The notes below the pieces were generated by a model. It saw only the letters and a program-made list of their open reading frames with translations. It made no database searches and had not been told where the DNA came from. Positions 9,540 to 18,768 of a DNA stretch of 64,000 bases are shown in pieces. The first letter of the stretch is position 1. Each line of letters opens with the position of its first letter. The stretch is from Candidatus Omnitrophota bacterium (GTDB taxonomy: Bacteria > Omnitrophota > Omnitrophia > Omnitrophales > Aquincolibacteriaceae). The stretch is from positions 4,622 to 68,621 of the forward strand of contig JAKLFP010000009.1 in assembly GCA_022711115.1 (NCBI GenBank), in the 5' to 3' direction. The translations under genes were made by a program, and so were the position numbers.

Positions 9540-10171
9540 GACTTCCCCTCCGCGAGTTCGATCACCGCGTCGAGCACGCGCATCAGTTTCGGAGAACAAA
9601 ACAGTTCCCCGAACCGTTTCAGCTTCCCGGTCTTCAGACCAACCGCATTTTGAAAACGGTAGGACTTCATCATCATGGCCTTCACATCCTTCTGGAACAA
9701 ATGGAGATTCAAATAAATAAAATCCACAACGGCTTTTTCAGGCTCGGCCATAAAAAAACGCGCCCCCGCATCGCCTTCGAGCCGGAAACCGCGAAAGGCC
9801 GCTGGACTGACATGCTGATAAATAAAAGTACCCAAAGGGTTGGTGAACCGCATCGTCTTTCGCGTGGTAATCGAAGTGACCGCGGCCACCCGTTCCGGAA
9901 TCAGGTCATAAGACGCGAGCGCCGTTTCAAGACTGACATACGAAGGCGCATAGATCTGACAGGCAAGATACATGCCTCCGGGGTTCACCTTGCGGTCATT
10001 CTCATTCAGGACATAATAACCTTTACGCAAATGCCGGAGTAACCCTGCCTTGGCCCAGCGCGTCAGCTGATTCCGGACCGATTGCGGTGCCTCGCCGCTT
10101 TGCGAGATCACCAGCCGGCTGTCAATGAGCGGTAGATGCTGGAAAAATGCTCGAAACTTGTTGTAATTCAT
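9536..10171 (-). CDS. abiEi: AbiEi-family antitoxin/transcriptional regulator, pair 1
   Basis: N-terminal winged-helix region (QSVRNQLTRWAKAGLLRHLRKGYYVL) typical of AbiEi. Immediately upstream of AbiEii and translationally coupled to it. Confidence 0.8.
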   Translation of the reverse strand: MNYNKFRAFFQHLPLIDSRLVISQSGEAPQSVRNQLTRWAKAGLLRHLRKGYYVLNENDRKVNPGGMYLACQIYAPSYVSLETALASYDLIPERVAAVTSITTRKTMRFTNPLGTFIYQHVSPAAFRGFRLEGDAGARFFMAEPEKAVVDFIYLNLHLFQKDVKAMMMKSYRFQNAVGLKTGKLKRFGELFCSPKLMRVLDAVIELAEGKS

Positions 10172-10302
10172 TTCTAACTATACTCCTTTTTGATTATCAT
10201 TAGAAATGATTACATATAATACCTAAAAAGTCAAGCGCGCCACACCGATACGCCCACTCGCCCATTCGCAATCACGCCGTTACTCCGATACGCCCTTCGC
10301 CA

Positions 10303-12321
10303 TCACGGCCTTCCCCTTACCGCATGAAGCAGGGCATGGAGCTCGTCATAAGCGCCCGCGAGCTTCAGACGGAATCTCTCCAACGTGTCATCGCCCGCGA
10401 TCTCCGTGCGCCTTAGCAAAAACGGATTCTCCACAACCCTCGCATTTTTTTGTTGAACATAGCCATTCCAGCCCGGCCGGTTCGAACACGCGCCGAAATA
10501 GCCGGCCTCTTTCACGAAACGAACGGCTTCTTCATCATAAATACCGTACGGATAACAAAACAATGAAACCTCGCCTCCCAGTTCTTCCTCCAGCATTTTC
10601 TTGGATCCCAGAATTTCCCGCTTTTTGTCTTCCGCGCTCAAAGCATTTAATTTCGGATGGGTGATTGTGTGAGAACCAAACTCAATCCCCTGCCGGCGCA
10701 TTTCGTTGATCTGCGACAGTGTTAAATAATCCGGCTGGCCGACTCTCCCGGCGATGCAAAAAACCGCAGCCGTGAACCCGCATTCCTTCAGCACCGGAAA
10801 GGCGTGTTCGAAATGATCCTGCCAGCCGTCATCAAACGTGATGGCAACAGATCCGTCCGCAGCTTTGCCCGTAAGAATATCCGAAAGCGAGACGATCCGA
10901 TAATCCTGGTTTTTCAGATACTGCATCTGTTCGCGGAAACGGGCCGGCGGCACATTCAGGTAATCTGCCGCGCCATCCTGAACGCGGTGATAACACAGGA
11001 TCCGCGTACATCGCGGCGCCGCGCGGTTCAGGCTTTTGACCGCGTTCACGCACCGGGCAAGCAGTAAAGAGGCCTTGGCCTTCGCGGGGGGGATGGGCCC
11101 ATCTGTGGCAATCAGGCGTTTTCTGAATTCCCCGATATTTTTTTTCAGATCGAACTGTTCATGGACCACTTGATGCCCGGCCTCCGCCGTTCGCACCCGC
11201 AGCGCGTCATCGTGATAAAGACGCTCAAAGGCCTCGGCTAGTTTTTCGGGATTTTTATGCGGCACGAAAAATCCGGTCTCGCCTTCGACGATCAATTCCT
11301 CGACCGAACCGAAATGCGTGGTGATCACCGCCGTCCTGGCCGCGAGCGCTTCGATGATCACATTCGGAATCCCCCAATGCCATTCCGCCTGGGCCATTAA
11401 GACTGAGACATCCGCGCTTCTGCAATAAGGAATCACCTGGGTTTGCTTGAGCGCGCCGGTCATGGTGACATACGACTCGAGACCCAACGTCCCGATGAGC
11501 CCGCGTAACTCCGCCTCCATGGGTCCGCCACCGATGATCGTGCAGTGAAAATTTAGCCGCTTTTTTTTAAGGATCGCGAGCGCGTTCACAAGATGATCAA
11601 AACCTTTGTGTGGGTCCAGGGACCCCACCGAAAGGATCTGAAAAACGGGATTCCGTGTCTTGTCCCCGACATCGAAAAGAGAAAGGTCCAGGCCGTGATG
11701 ATTGATCAGGATCTTGTCCGGATCGACACCTTTTGCCACCTCCCGCAGATACGTCTTGTTGCTTACTGTGCATGTGCCGACAAAAGTCGCGGCCATGATC
11801 TTCTCGCGAAGGTGCGTGGTGTTCAGATAAATATCGTGCGCGTGTCCCGTCATGCTGAACGGGATCCCGGTGATCCGGGAAGCCGCCATCGCCACGGAAG
11901 CAGGATACGTGGCCCAGTAGCCGTGAAAATGCGTGGCCTTGTTTTGGAGCGCCCAATCCGCGAGATACAGGGCCTTGGGGAAGAAGATGAGGTTCTTCCA
12001 TAAAAAATTAAAACTTCCGAGATTCCCGCGCACGAGCTGAAAAAAAGCACCCAGCGTTTTGAGCGGCCGGGTGCAAAGCAATTTGATCCCGGCCCAAATC
12101 AGTCTCCAGGAAAAAAACGAAACATGAACTGTGCGGCTCAAAAGTTCCCGGGCCTGGTCATGGATCACTTTGTCTTTGGATTTTTTCAGGGAAAAGATCG
12201 CGATCGCTGTTTCTTTGGAGAGCGCGTACAATTCGCGCAAAATGAACGCCTCCGTGTAGCATGGAAATTGAGAAACGACAAAAACAATCCTCTTTGATGA
12301 AACCTCTTTACCAGTATTCAT
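10303..12321 (-). CDS. Fusion protein: GT4 glycosyltransferase (N-terminal) plus NodB-type polysaccharide deacetylase (C-terminal)
   Basis: GT4 EX7E-like region (NVIIEALAARTAVITTHFGSVEELIVEGETG). C-terminal TFDDGWQDHFEHAFPVLKECGFTAAVFCIAG and HTITHPKL match NodB motifs. Confidence 0.8.
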   Translation of the reverse strand: MNTGKEVSSKRIVFVVSQFPCYTEAFILRELYALSKETAIAIFSLKKSKDKVIHDQARELLSRTVHVSFFSWRLIWAGIKLLCTRPLKTLGAFFQLVRGNLGSFNFLWKNLIFFPKALYLADWALQNKATHFHGYWATYPASVAMAASRITGIPFSMTGHAHDIYLNTTHLREKIMAATFVGTCTVSNKTYLREVAKGVDPDKILINHHGLDLSLFDVGDKTRNPVFQILSVGSLDPHKGFDHLVNALAILKKKRLNFHCTIIGGGPMEAELRGLIGTLGLESYVTMTGALKQTQVIPYCRSADVSVLMAQAEWHWGIPNVIIEALAARTAVITTHFGSVEELIVEGETGFFVPHKNPEKLAEAFERLYHDDALRVRTAEAGHQVVHEQFDLKKNIGEFRKRLIATDGPIPPAKAKASLLLARCVNAVKSLNRAAPRCTRILCYHRVQDGAADYLNVPPARFREQMQYLKNQDYRIVSLSDILTGKAADGSVAITFDDGWQDHFEHAFPVLKECGFTAAVFCIAGRVGQPDYLTLSQINEMRRQGIEFGSHTITHPKLNALSAEDKKREILGSKKMLEEELGGEVSLFCYPYGIYDEEAVRFVKEAGYFGACSNRPGWNGYVQQKNARVVENPFLLRRTEIAGDDTLERFRLKLAGAYDELHALLHAVRGRP

Positions 12322-12384
12322 TTTTTATTATTCCTCTTTTTTGTTATGAAGCACGCGCTCGCAGTTCCAAATCCCGGATGAAAA

Positions 12385-12437
12385 GGTGACAGTCACCAAA
12401 AAGTGACTGTCACTTCACGCCGTTACATCATTCCGCC
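12385..12437. repeat. REP2 palindromic element (GGTGACAGTCAC-N6-GTGACTGTCAC...), copy 1
   Basis: Near-identical 52-bp copy at 18769..18820. Contains an 11-bp perfect inverted repeat. Confidence 0.75.
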
Positions 12438-12518
12438 GTCACGCTTCTTAATTCTTACTTCTTTTTTACAGTTTCGAGTTCCACAAAACTGAGCTTTTTG
12501 ACTAAAAGATATTTTCAT

Positions 12519-13490
12519 TTACGCCAACACATTCAGGATGACCTTAATCATGGTTTCCTTTTCAGAGGGTTTACTGGCTGCAATCATAAGCGTCAGAGCC
12601 GCTAACGTATTATTTTCCACACGCCGGGATCGGTCTTTACGCAACAAAATATGATTTTTTTGAAGAAAACAAATGAAGAGAGCGGCCGCAATCCGTTTAT
12701 TCCCATCGACAAAACTATGATTCTTGGTCACAAAATAAAGTAAATGCGCAGCTTTTTCTTCAAGGGTAGGATAAAGTTCCCGATGACCGAATGTCTGGTA
12801 AATCGTTTCCAACGAGCTTCTGAAGCTTTCATCTTTTTCTTGTCCAAAAAGAGGCGACCCTCTGAATTTTCGCTTCATGATCTCGATAATTTTTCGAGCT
12901 TCTTCGTAAGCAAGCTTGAATTTCGTCCGACGAGTTCCTTGAGGCTTTGAAAGCCGTCCATGATCGTAATCGTCCAGAAGATCCAATGCCCGCGAATACT
13001 CCGAAATCACCCGGATCAAACCCTTGGTCTCGTCAGAAAGAACCTCCAGATGCATAACATTCCCCAAAAGCTTAAGCGATTTTTGCAACTCAAGATATTT
13101 ATGCTCCGCAACGCGAAGCCGTTTCTCGTTGAGGGTGAATCCGTCGATGAGATGTTTTTTCAAAACATTGGTTGCCCAGATCCTGAATTGTGTCCCCCTC
13201 TTGGAATTCACGCGATACCCGACCGAGATAATGGCGTCGAGGTTAAAATACTCAACCCGATAGGTCTTCCCATCAACCGCAGTTGTTGCAAAATTTGCAA
13301 CAACTGAATTCCTATTCAGCTCATGACTCATGAATATGTTGCGCAGGTGACGCGATATAACCGATTTGTCTCTAGTAAACAATTCCCCAATCTGATTAAG
13401 GTTCAACCAAACAGTTTCTTTATCAAGCCTGACCTGAACTTTATTTTTATAAAGGACGATCGTCCCTTTAGATTGATCTTGAAAAGCCAT
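12519..13490 (-). CDS. RhuM-family virulence protein with a Fic/Doc-like C-terminal motif
   Basis: N-terminus VQVRLDKETVWLNLNQIGELFTRDKSVISRHLRNIF is a RhuM signature. C-terminal HSFVDGNKRIAAALF is a Fic/Doc HxFx(D)GNKR motif. Confidence 0.8.
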   Translation of the reverse strand: MAFQDQSKGTIVLYKNKVQVRLDKETVWLNLNQIGELFTRDKSVISRHLRNIFMSHELNRNSVVANFATTAVDGKTYRVEYFNLDAIISVGYRVNSKRGTQFRIWATNVLKKHLIDGFTLNEKRLRVAEHKYLELQKSLKLLGNVMHLEVLSDETKGLIRVISEYSRALDLLDDYDHGRLSKPQGTRRTKFKLAYEEARKIIEIMKRKFRGSPLFGQEKDESFRSSLETIYQTFGHRELYPTLEEKAAHLLYFVTKNHSFVDGNKRIAAALFICFLQKNHILLRKDRSRRVENNTLAALTLMIAASKPSEKETMIKVILNVLA

Positions 13491-13701
13491 CGATGCTCCT
13501 TTTTGAGCTTATCGCAATTTGCGATAACCTGCTCTGGGTCCAAAACTTCGAGTTTTATACTTTTAAAATTCTAAATTCGAATCTCGAAGCACGAAACAAA
13601 CTATCTTGAAAGCAAGAAATCCTAATTTCTAAATTCGAAACAAATCTCAAATTCCAATTTCTGAAACAACAAAACCCCTTGTTTGGGATTTCTGATTTAG
13701 G

Positions 13702-13753
13702 CATTGTTATTTGTTTCGTATTTCAGATTTAGTGCTTCGGATTTTTTTCATTG
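13702..13753. repeat. About 50-bp direct repeat (partner at 14110..14157) flanking the four-helix-bundle gene 13729..14112
   Basis: About 85% identity. Copy 1 encodes the gene C-terminus and stop. Copy 2 retains a degenerate version of the same 3' end. Confidence 0.7.
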
Positions 13754-14112
13754 TCCGTTTTTTTAAGTATAGCTCCAAAGATACACATAAGCTCCGTGGC
13801 TTCTTGCGCCAAAGCATCTTTCGTTTTCTTAGCAAGATCGTCGTCGACTGAGATCAAGCTGAGCCAATATTTGCTTTCTTTGGCTTCTTTTTTACAAATT
13901 TTAATTCGCATCACAAAATCCTTCTTGCTTAACGAATCATTGGCTTCAATGTAATTCGCCCCGACAGATCCTGACGAACGAACTAGTTGTTTTGCATCTT
14001 CAATATTGGACAAACTGCGCGGTAGTCTTTTAAGAAATTCACGGGTATTTTTCGCAAATCTCAAAGTTCGATCTTCTAAGTCGTATTGTTTGTGATTTTC
14101 CGATTTATTCAT
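13729..14112 (-). CDS. Four-helix-bundle protein (TIGR02436-like)
   Basis: EDRTLRFAKNTREFLKRLP...SVGANYIEANDSLSKKDF motif. Flanked by a 50-bp direct repeat. Confidence 0.8.
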   Translation of the reverse strand: MNKSENHKQYDLEDRTLRFAKNTREFLKRLPRSLSNIEDAKQLVRSSGSVGANYIEANDSLSKKDFVMRIKICKKEAKESKYWLSLISVDDDLAKKTKDALAQEATELMCIFGAILKKTDNEKNPKH

Positions 14113-14157
14113 TGTTATTTGTTTCGAATTTCGTATTTAGTGTTTCGGATTTCATTG
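14110..14157. repeat. Partner of the 13702..13753 repeat
   Basis: See above. Confidence 0.7.
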
Positions 14158-14165
14158 GGCGCGTT

Positions 14166-15332
14166 TCAGCGCACGATGGATGCGTAGAAGGCCTCATACT
14201 CCCCGATCATTTTCCGGAGCGTAAACCGCGCGAGCACCCGCTCGCGTCCCGCCTCACCCATCTGTTTGCGCAAAGCCGGATCTTTCGCAAGGGCCAGGAT
14301 CTTTTCCGCGAGCCCGTCCGCGGAACTTGGCGGCACTAAAAAACCCTGGACGCCGTCCTCGATCGCTTCCCGGTTGCCTCCGACTTCCGTGGCGACGACC
14401 GGTTTACTGCCGGCCATGGCTTCCAAAACGGCGTTTGAAAAACCTTCGGTAAGCGACGGCAGGCAAAAAACGTCGCTCGCATCCAGAAAGGCCTTCACAT
14501 CTTTGCGCGAACCCGCGAAATTGACGAACCGCCGCACCTTGAGCGCGGAGACCTGTTTTTCATATTCCTCCCTCAGCACGCCGTCCCCCACAAAAATGAA
14601 CCGGATGTCCCGGAACTGTTCCGTGACCTTGGCGATCGCTTCGATCAGGAAAGGATACCCCTTGATCGTTTGCCGCATATTGGCGACCGTCAGCACGACC
14701 ACTTCATGGTCTTTGACTTGAAACTCCTCGCGGATCTTTTTCCGGTCTTCACGATGAAGCCGGAACCGCCCTTCATCGATCCCGTTGTGGATCACATGCA
14801 CCCGCTTCGGCTTGACCTTCTCGATCCGCTTCACGGCCCGCGACACCGCGTAGGAATTGACGAGGATATGCGACGCGTAACGGTTAAACAAACGCGCCAG
14901 AAGCACCTGCCGGCTCGTCATCCAGAACCCCTCATCACGCCGCGCCATCACGATCCCCTCGACCCCGACCCACTGCGCGGCAATGGAGCCCAGGATATCG
15001 GCCTTCAGAAAATGCAGCTGGACAATATCGATCTTCTCTTTTTTCATGATCCGGACCAGTTGCCGCAAAGCCTTCCAGGCATGGATCCCGTAGGCCTTGT
15101 GCACTTCAAATTCAAAAAGCGGGATATGGGCCGCGCGAAACTCTTCCTCCAGTTTGCCGCCTTTCTGCAGGACCGCGACAAACACCTGAAACCGCTTTTT
15201 ATCCAGCCCCTTCGCGATCTCAAGCAGGTTCGTCTGCGTTCCCGCCGGCTCCAGTTTGTCGATGATGAATAAAATCCGGATTGGTAAAGATCGGGGCACG
15301 GGGCATGGGACGTGGGGCGTGGTCATGAACAT
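14166..15332 (-). CDS. Glycosyltransferase family 4
   Basis: EGFSNAVLEAMAGSKPVVATEVGGNREAIEDG C-terminal GT4 motif. N-terminal codons lie in a repeat. Confidence 0.85.
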   Translation of the reverse strand: MFMTTPHVPCPVPRSLPIRILFIIDKLEPAGTQTNLLEIAKGLDKKRFQVFVAVLQKGGKLEEEFRAAHIPLFEFEVHKAYGIHAWKALRQLVRIMKKEKIDIVQLHFLKADILGSIAAQWVGVEGIVMARRDEGFWMTSRQVLLARLFNRYASHILVNSYAVSRAVKRIEKVKPKRVHVIHNGIDEGRFRLHREDRKKIREEFQVKDHEVVVLTVANMRQTIKGYPFLIEAIAKVTEQFRDIRFIFVGDGVLREEYEKQVSALKVRRFVNFAGSRKDVKAFLDASDVFCLPSLTEGFSNAVLEAMAGSKPVVATEVGGNREAIEDGVQGFLVPPSSADGLAEKILALAKDPALRKQMGEAGRERVLARFTLRKMIGEYEAFYASIVR

Positions 15333-15515
15333 ACCTCGTGCGAATCGGCGACGGAGATCATGACGGACACCTTGAAGTATGAAGCAGGATGTACGAAGTA
15401 GGAAAAAACAAAAAGCGAATCATTCTTCATACTTCCTATCTCGTACTTCATACTTCGGTTTTCCATTCCGCATTCCCCATTCGTCATTCCCTCGTCTCTC
15501 GCCCTATTCCCCGTT

Positions 15516-16034
15516 TCACTTCTTCACTCTCACCACTTTCGCCGGGACGCCCACCGCGACACCGCCCGCCGCCACGGATTCAAGCACCACGGCATTGGCC
15601 CCGATTTCCGCGTTATCGCCGATCGTGATATCTCCGATCAACACCGCACCTGTCCCGATAACCACGCGATCGCCGATTCTGGGCGACGCGCCGCCCGGTT
15701 TGCGGTTCCCGATCGTCACATGATGATGCAACTGGCAATGCGAGCCGAGCACGGCTTTGGAGTTGATCACGATCCCGCCGAAATGATAAATCACAAGCCC
15801 GGGCCCGATCCGGGTCTGAGGCGAGATGGAAACCCCGGTCCAGAGTTCGTTCAATCGCTGCAGGATCACGGGCAGAAGCGGGATGCGCCATGCCGCGAGC
15901 GCGTGCGACACGCGGAAAAGAAAAACAGCCTGAAATCCCGGCGCGGTCAGCGCGTGAAATACTTTGCGGAAATTCCCGGAATAAGTCGACAGCCGGCATT
16001 CCTGCGAAAAATCTTCTTTGATCATGTCAAACAT
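15516..16034 (-). CDS. Serine O-acetyltransferase-like hexapeptide-repeat acyltransferase
   Basis: Left-handed beta-helix hexapeptide repeats (IGPGLVIYHFGGIVINSKAVLGSHCQLHHHVTIGN...IGDRVVIGTGAVLIGDITIGDNAEIGANAVV), CysE-like. Confidence 0.7.
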   Translation of the reverse strand: MFDMIKEDFSQECRLSTYSGNFRKVFHALTAPGFQAVFLFRVSHALAAWRIPLLPVILQRLNELWTGVSISPQTRIGPGLVIYHFGGIVINSKAVLGSHCQLHHHVTIGNRKPGGASPRIGDRVVIGTGAVLIGDITIGDNAEIGANAVVLESVAAGGVAVGVPAKVVRVKK

Positions 16035-16088
16035 GTTTCCTCCCTTGAAATCAGAACTAAGGATTAATGCTTATCTCTTACTTTATCT

Positions 16089-16124
16089 AAATATGATTAA
16101 AATATATAATAAATATGATTATTT
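16089..16124 (+). promoter_or_regulatory. Pair of AATATGATTA direct repeats upstream of ORF6N gene 2
   Basis: See 6088..6121. Confidence 0.35.
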
Positions 16125-16162
16125 ATCTTTACAACCTAAAGCATTTCTGTTAACCTTCACCC

Positions 16163-16675
16163 ATGCGTCCTTCAAAATATAAGAATCCTCTCATCCCCGC
16201 TGAAATCATCCTCGAAAACATTCATGTCCTGCGAGCAAGGAGAGTAATGCTCGACAGTGATTTGGCTGCGCTTTACAACGTCGAAACTAAATATTTAACG
16301 AGACAAGTCCGGCGCAACATCAAACGCTTCCCGGCGGATTTCATGTTCCGTTTAACTCCGCAAGAATTTTTGAGGTGCCAAAATGTCACCTCAAAACAAG
16401 GCGGCCGCCGCTATCGAGCCTACGCATTCACCGAACAGGGCGTTGCCATGCTTTCGAGCATTTTAAACAGCGACCGGGCGATCCAGGTCAATATTCAGAT
16501 CATGCGGACATTTTCAAAGATCAGGGAAATGATGCAACATCATAAAGAGCTTTGGCGAAAGATCGAAGCCATGGAATCAAAATATGACAGCCAATTCAAA
16601 GTTGTTTTTGACGCCCTCCGCAAGCTTCTGGCACCGCCCCAAAAACCGAAAAGGCAAATCGGTTTTCATCCTTAA
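16163..16675 (+). CDS. ORF6N (KilA-N-like) domain protein, paralog 2
   Basis: MLDSDLAALYNVETKYLTRQVRRNIKRFPADFMF signature. Same C-terminal KPKRQIGFHP as 6163..6735. Confidence 0.75.
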   Translation: MRPSKYKNPLIPAEIILENIHVLRARRVMLDSDLAALYNVETKYLTRQVRRNIKRFPADFMFRLTPQEFLRCQNVTSKQGGRRYRAYAFTEQGVAMLSSILNSDRAIQVNIQIMRTFSKIREMMQHHKELWRKIEAMESKYDSQFKVVFDALRKLLAPPQKPKRQIGFHP

Positions 16676-16679
16676 TTCT

Positions 16680-16874
16680 TTACGCACCACGGGGTACGGG
16701 GACAAGAAAATCAATATCCCTTGTCCTGATTTCCGTGAAATAGGTGATCCCGGAAAAATAGGCCTTATAAAACGGCACACACCAGCTTCCGATCAATAAA
16801 AGTTCATCCAAAACACCCGCATCGCTTAAACACCGCAATGTTTTCATGCACAACTTATACTGACTCTTTTCCAC
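16680..16874 (-). pseudogene. N-terminal fragment of a minimal nucleotidyltransferase. The gene appears truncated where the ORF6N gene now sits.
   Basis: ...GSWCVPFY...TRDIDFLVP resembles the GG/D-x-D region of the 37894..38466 nucleotidyltransferase (KDVDLLVPD). Only 64 aa, ending 5 bp from the convergent ORF6N stop. Confidence 0.3.
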
Positions 16875-17235
16875 GAAGCGACCTCCTTAAAAAGCGGATC
16901 TGATCCTTAATCTTGATGACGTACCCGCGGTATTTCGCAAGCAAAGCCCGCTGCGCCTTATAGGCACGTCTGACTTCTGCCGACAAAGGTCCCTTATAAA
17001 CAAACCGGACCTTCCTCCCTTCGCGTTTGGCCAGATAATAGTAATACCGTCGTCCGATCCGTTTCTTGACAAGACAACCCTTCGCCTTGGCGATCTCCTC
17101 CCGGTAACGTTCCAGCATGGACTGTGAACGTTCGAGCTCTTCTTTCAAAACACCTTTGATCACTCCCATACGATCCTCCCACGCTGTCAAACATTCTACC
17201 TGTAAAACGATAGATTGTTTGGTAATATCTGTCAA
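16855..17235 (-). CDS. Hypothetical basic protein, 126 aa
   Basis: ORF with reasonable composition. An 11-bp perfect inverted repeat (TACCTAACAAA/TTTGTTAGGTA, 17245-17285) lies just upstream. Confidence 0.4.
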   Translation of the reverse strand: MTDITKQSIVLQVECLTAWEDRMGVIKGVLKEELERSQSMLERYREEIAKAKGCLVKKRIGRRYYYYLAKREGRKVRFVYKGPLSAEVRRAYKAQRALLAKYRGYVIKIKDQIRFLRRSLRGKESV

Positions 17236-17307
17236 GGATATTTACCTAACAAATTTAATCTTTTATATGTTTTTGTTAGGTAGCATCCGGAGAGGCGACG
17301 AAGCGTG

Positions 17308-17533
17308 TCGGCGTGTTCACCGTTACGTCCCGCGCCCCGTGTCTCGTTCCCCGTTCCCCGTTCCCCGTTCCGGGTTACGAGCACCACGCGTCGGTGTGCC
17401 GGTGTCCTGCCTCTCGTCAGGGACGGTTCTTGTCGCAAGAACCGTCCCTAGCGCGTCCCTCGTCTCGTGTCCCGAATTTAAAGCTTCGGATTTTGGGCCT
17501 TCGTTACGAAGGAACGTATTGCCACCCTTCATC
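17308..17533. repeat. R1 MITE-like element, full copy A (226 bp)
   Basis: About 95% identical to 23689..23914. Core has a perfect 13-bp inverted repeat (GGGACGGTTCTTG / CAAGAACCGTCCC) plus a second hairpin (CCTTCGTTACGAAGG). Confidence 0.8.
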
Positions 17534-17659
17534 ACCTATTACCCACTTACCGGTCGCATTTCCTACTTCTGAATTCTTACTCCTTATTCCTTACTACATA
17601 ATTCTTTCTGTCACGCCCAGCGCCTGGAAACCAGATGGAAACCGTTTGATTTCCTATTG

Positions 17660-18685
17660 TCAACTTTCTCGCCGGGCACGATTCACAATAAAAGAGACAC
17701 TCGGCGACATACGACAGGGCTCAATTCGAATCTGAGGATGATTCTTGGCAAAAACCCGGAAAACCTCATCCGCAAAACCCTGTCCGACGCCCCGGACACC
17801 GCTGAAATCCATCATGATCCGCTTAAATTTTTCCAGACCGAACAGAAGCCGGCGCGCTTCGGACCGGGAGACGTATTCTCCCGATGTTTTAGAGAACCGG
17901 ATCTTGACCTCGGTCTTATCAAAAACAAGGTCGCTATCGGTGTAGGCGCCAAAGAGCTTCTTGAGATCCTTGCGGGATCTTTGACGTAATGAGAAGGTGA
18001 CTTTCGTCCCTTGGAGGGGCTTCCTATCCAGCAGCGAGACGTCCTGGATAAGATTATTGACATCCAGCTTCAAGGCCCTGCTTTCCAGAACAAAGTGATC
18101 CGCGATGCGGGAAGTGAAAAAAATGCCTTGCCCGGAATGCCGCTCCGGCGCTGTGGTCTGTTTTCCTTTCAGCAAATGTTCCGCAGCTTCAAAGGCATCC
18201 CTCATCTTGAATTTTCTGCGAATGCTTTCAAAAGCCCCGATCCCGCGGTCCGAAACCGTGAAAGTAAGGATCCCTCCCTCCCATCGGACCTCGATCCTGA
18301 CCCTGGCCGCCTTGGAGTGGTCGATGGCGTTGTTGAGCATTTCCGTAAAGGCGTACTGAACGATCTTGAACGCCGATGGAGACAATTGCCTCTTTAAGTG
18401 CGTCCGGTGCGCCCATGCCTCAAAAACACGATCTTCTTCAAGCCCTCGAATTTTATAAACAAGAATGATGGACGGAGTTTTCAAAGAAGCCGCTTTTTTA
18501 GGGTTGAACGGAATATACCGCGCGCCGCGCGTCACCCCCTCCCTGAGAAGCTGCCTGGACGCGACAAGTTCCCGCAAGTGTTTCGCCGCGGCCTGACGGG
18601 AGATCCCGGAAAAGCGGACCACATCGGCGGCCCGGATCGCTTTTTTTTGACGCACAAAACGGAGAATTTTTTCTTTATTCTTCAT
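17660..18685 (-). CDS. HTH plus histidine-kinase-like ATPase (HATPase_c) protein with C-terminal DUF4325 (STAS-like)
   Basis: N-terminal HTH (RFSGISRQAAAKHLRELV). N-box-like FTEMLNNAIDHSKA. C-terminal DFSGVRGVGQGFADEVFRVF typical of DUF4325. Confidence 0.6.
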   Translation of the reverse strand: MKNKEKILRFVRQKKAIRAADVVRFSGISRQAAAKHLRELVASRQLLREGVTRGARYIPFNPKKAASLKTPSIILVYKIRGLEEDRVFEAWAHRTHLKRQLSPSAFKIVQYAFTEMLNNAIDHSKAARVRIEVRWEGGILTFTVSDRGIGAFESIRRKFKMRDAFEAAEHLLKGKQTTAPERHSGQGIFFTSRIADHFVLESRALKLDVNNLIQDVSLLDRKPLQGTKVTFSLRQRSRKDLKKLFGAYTDSDLVFDKTEVKIRFSKTSGEYVSRSEARRLLFGLEKFKRIMMDFSGVRGVGQGFADEVFRVFAKNHPQIRIEPCRMSPSVSFIVNRARRES

Positions 18686-18764
18686 AAGAAAAGACTACCT
18701 GATGGGAAACCAATTGTAAACCTTAAAATAAATAATTGTAAACCACGCCTCACGCACTTGCGCC
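18685..18764. repeat. Direct repeat DR2a (80 bp, identical), partner at 20534..20613; flanks a block containing DUF4143 ATPase copy 2
   Basis: Perfect 80-bp identity. Begins at the start codon region of gene 17660..18685. Confidence 0.85.
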
Positions 18765-18768
18765 CAAA

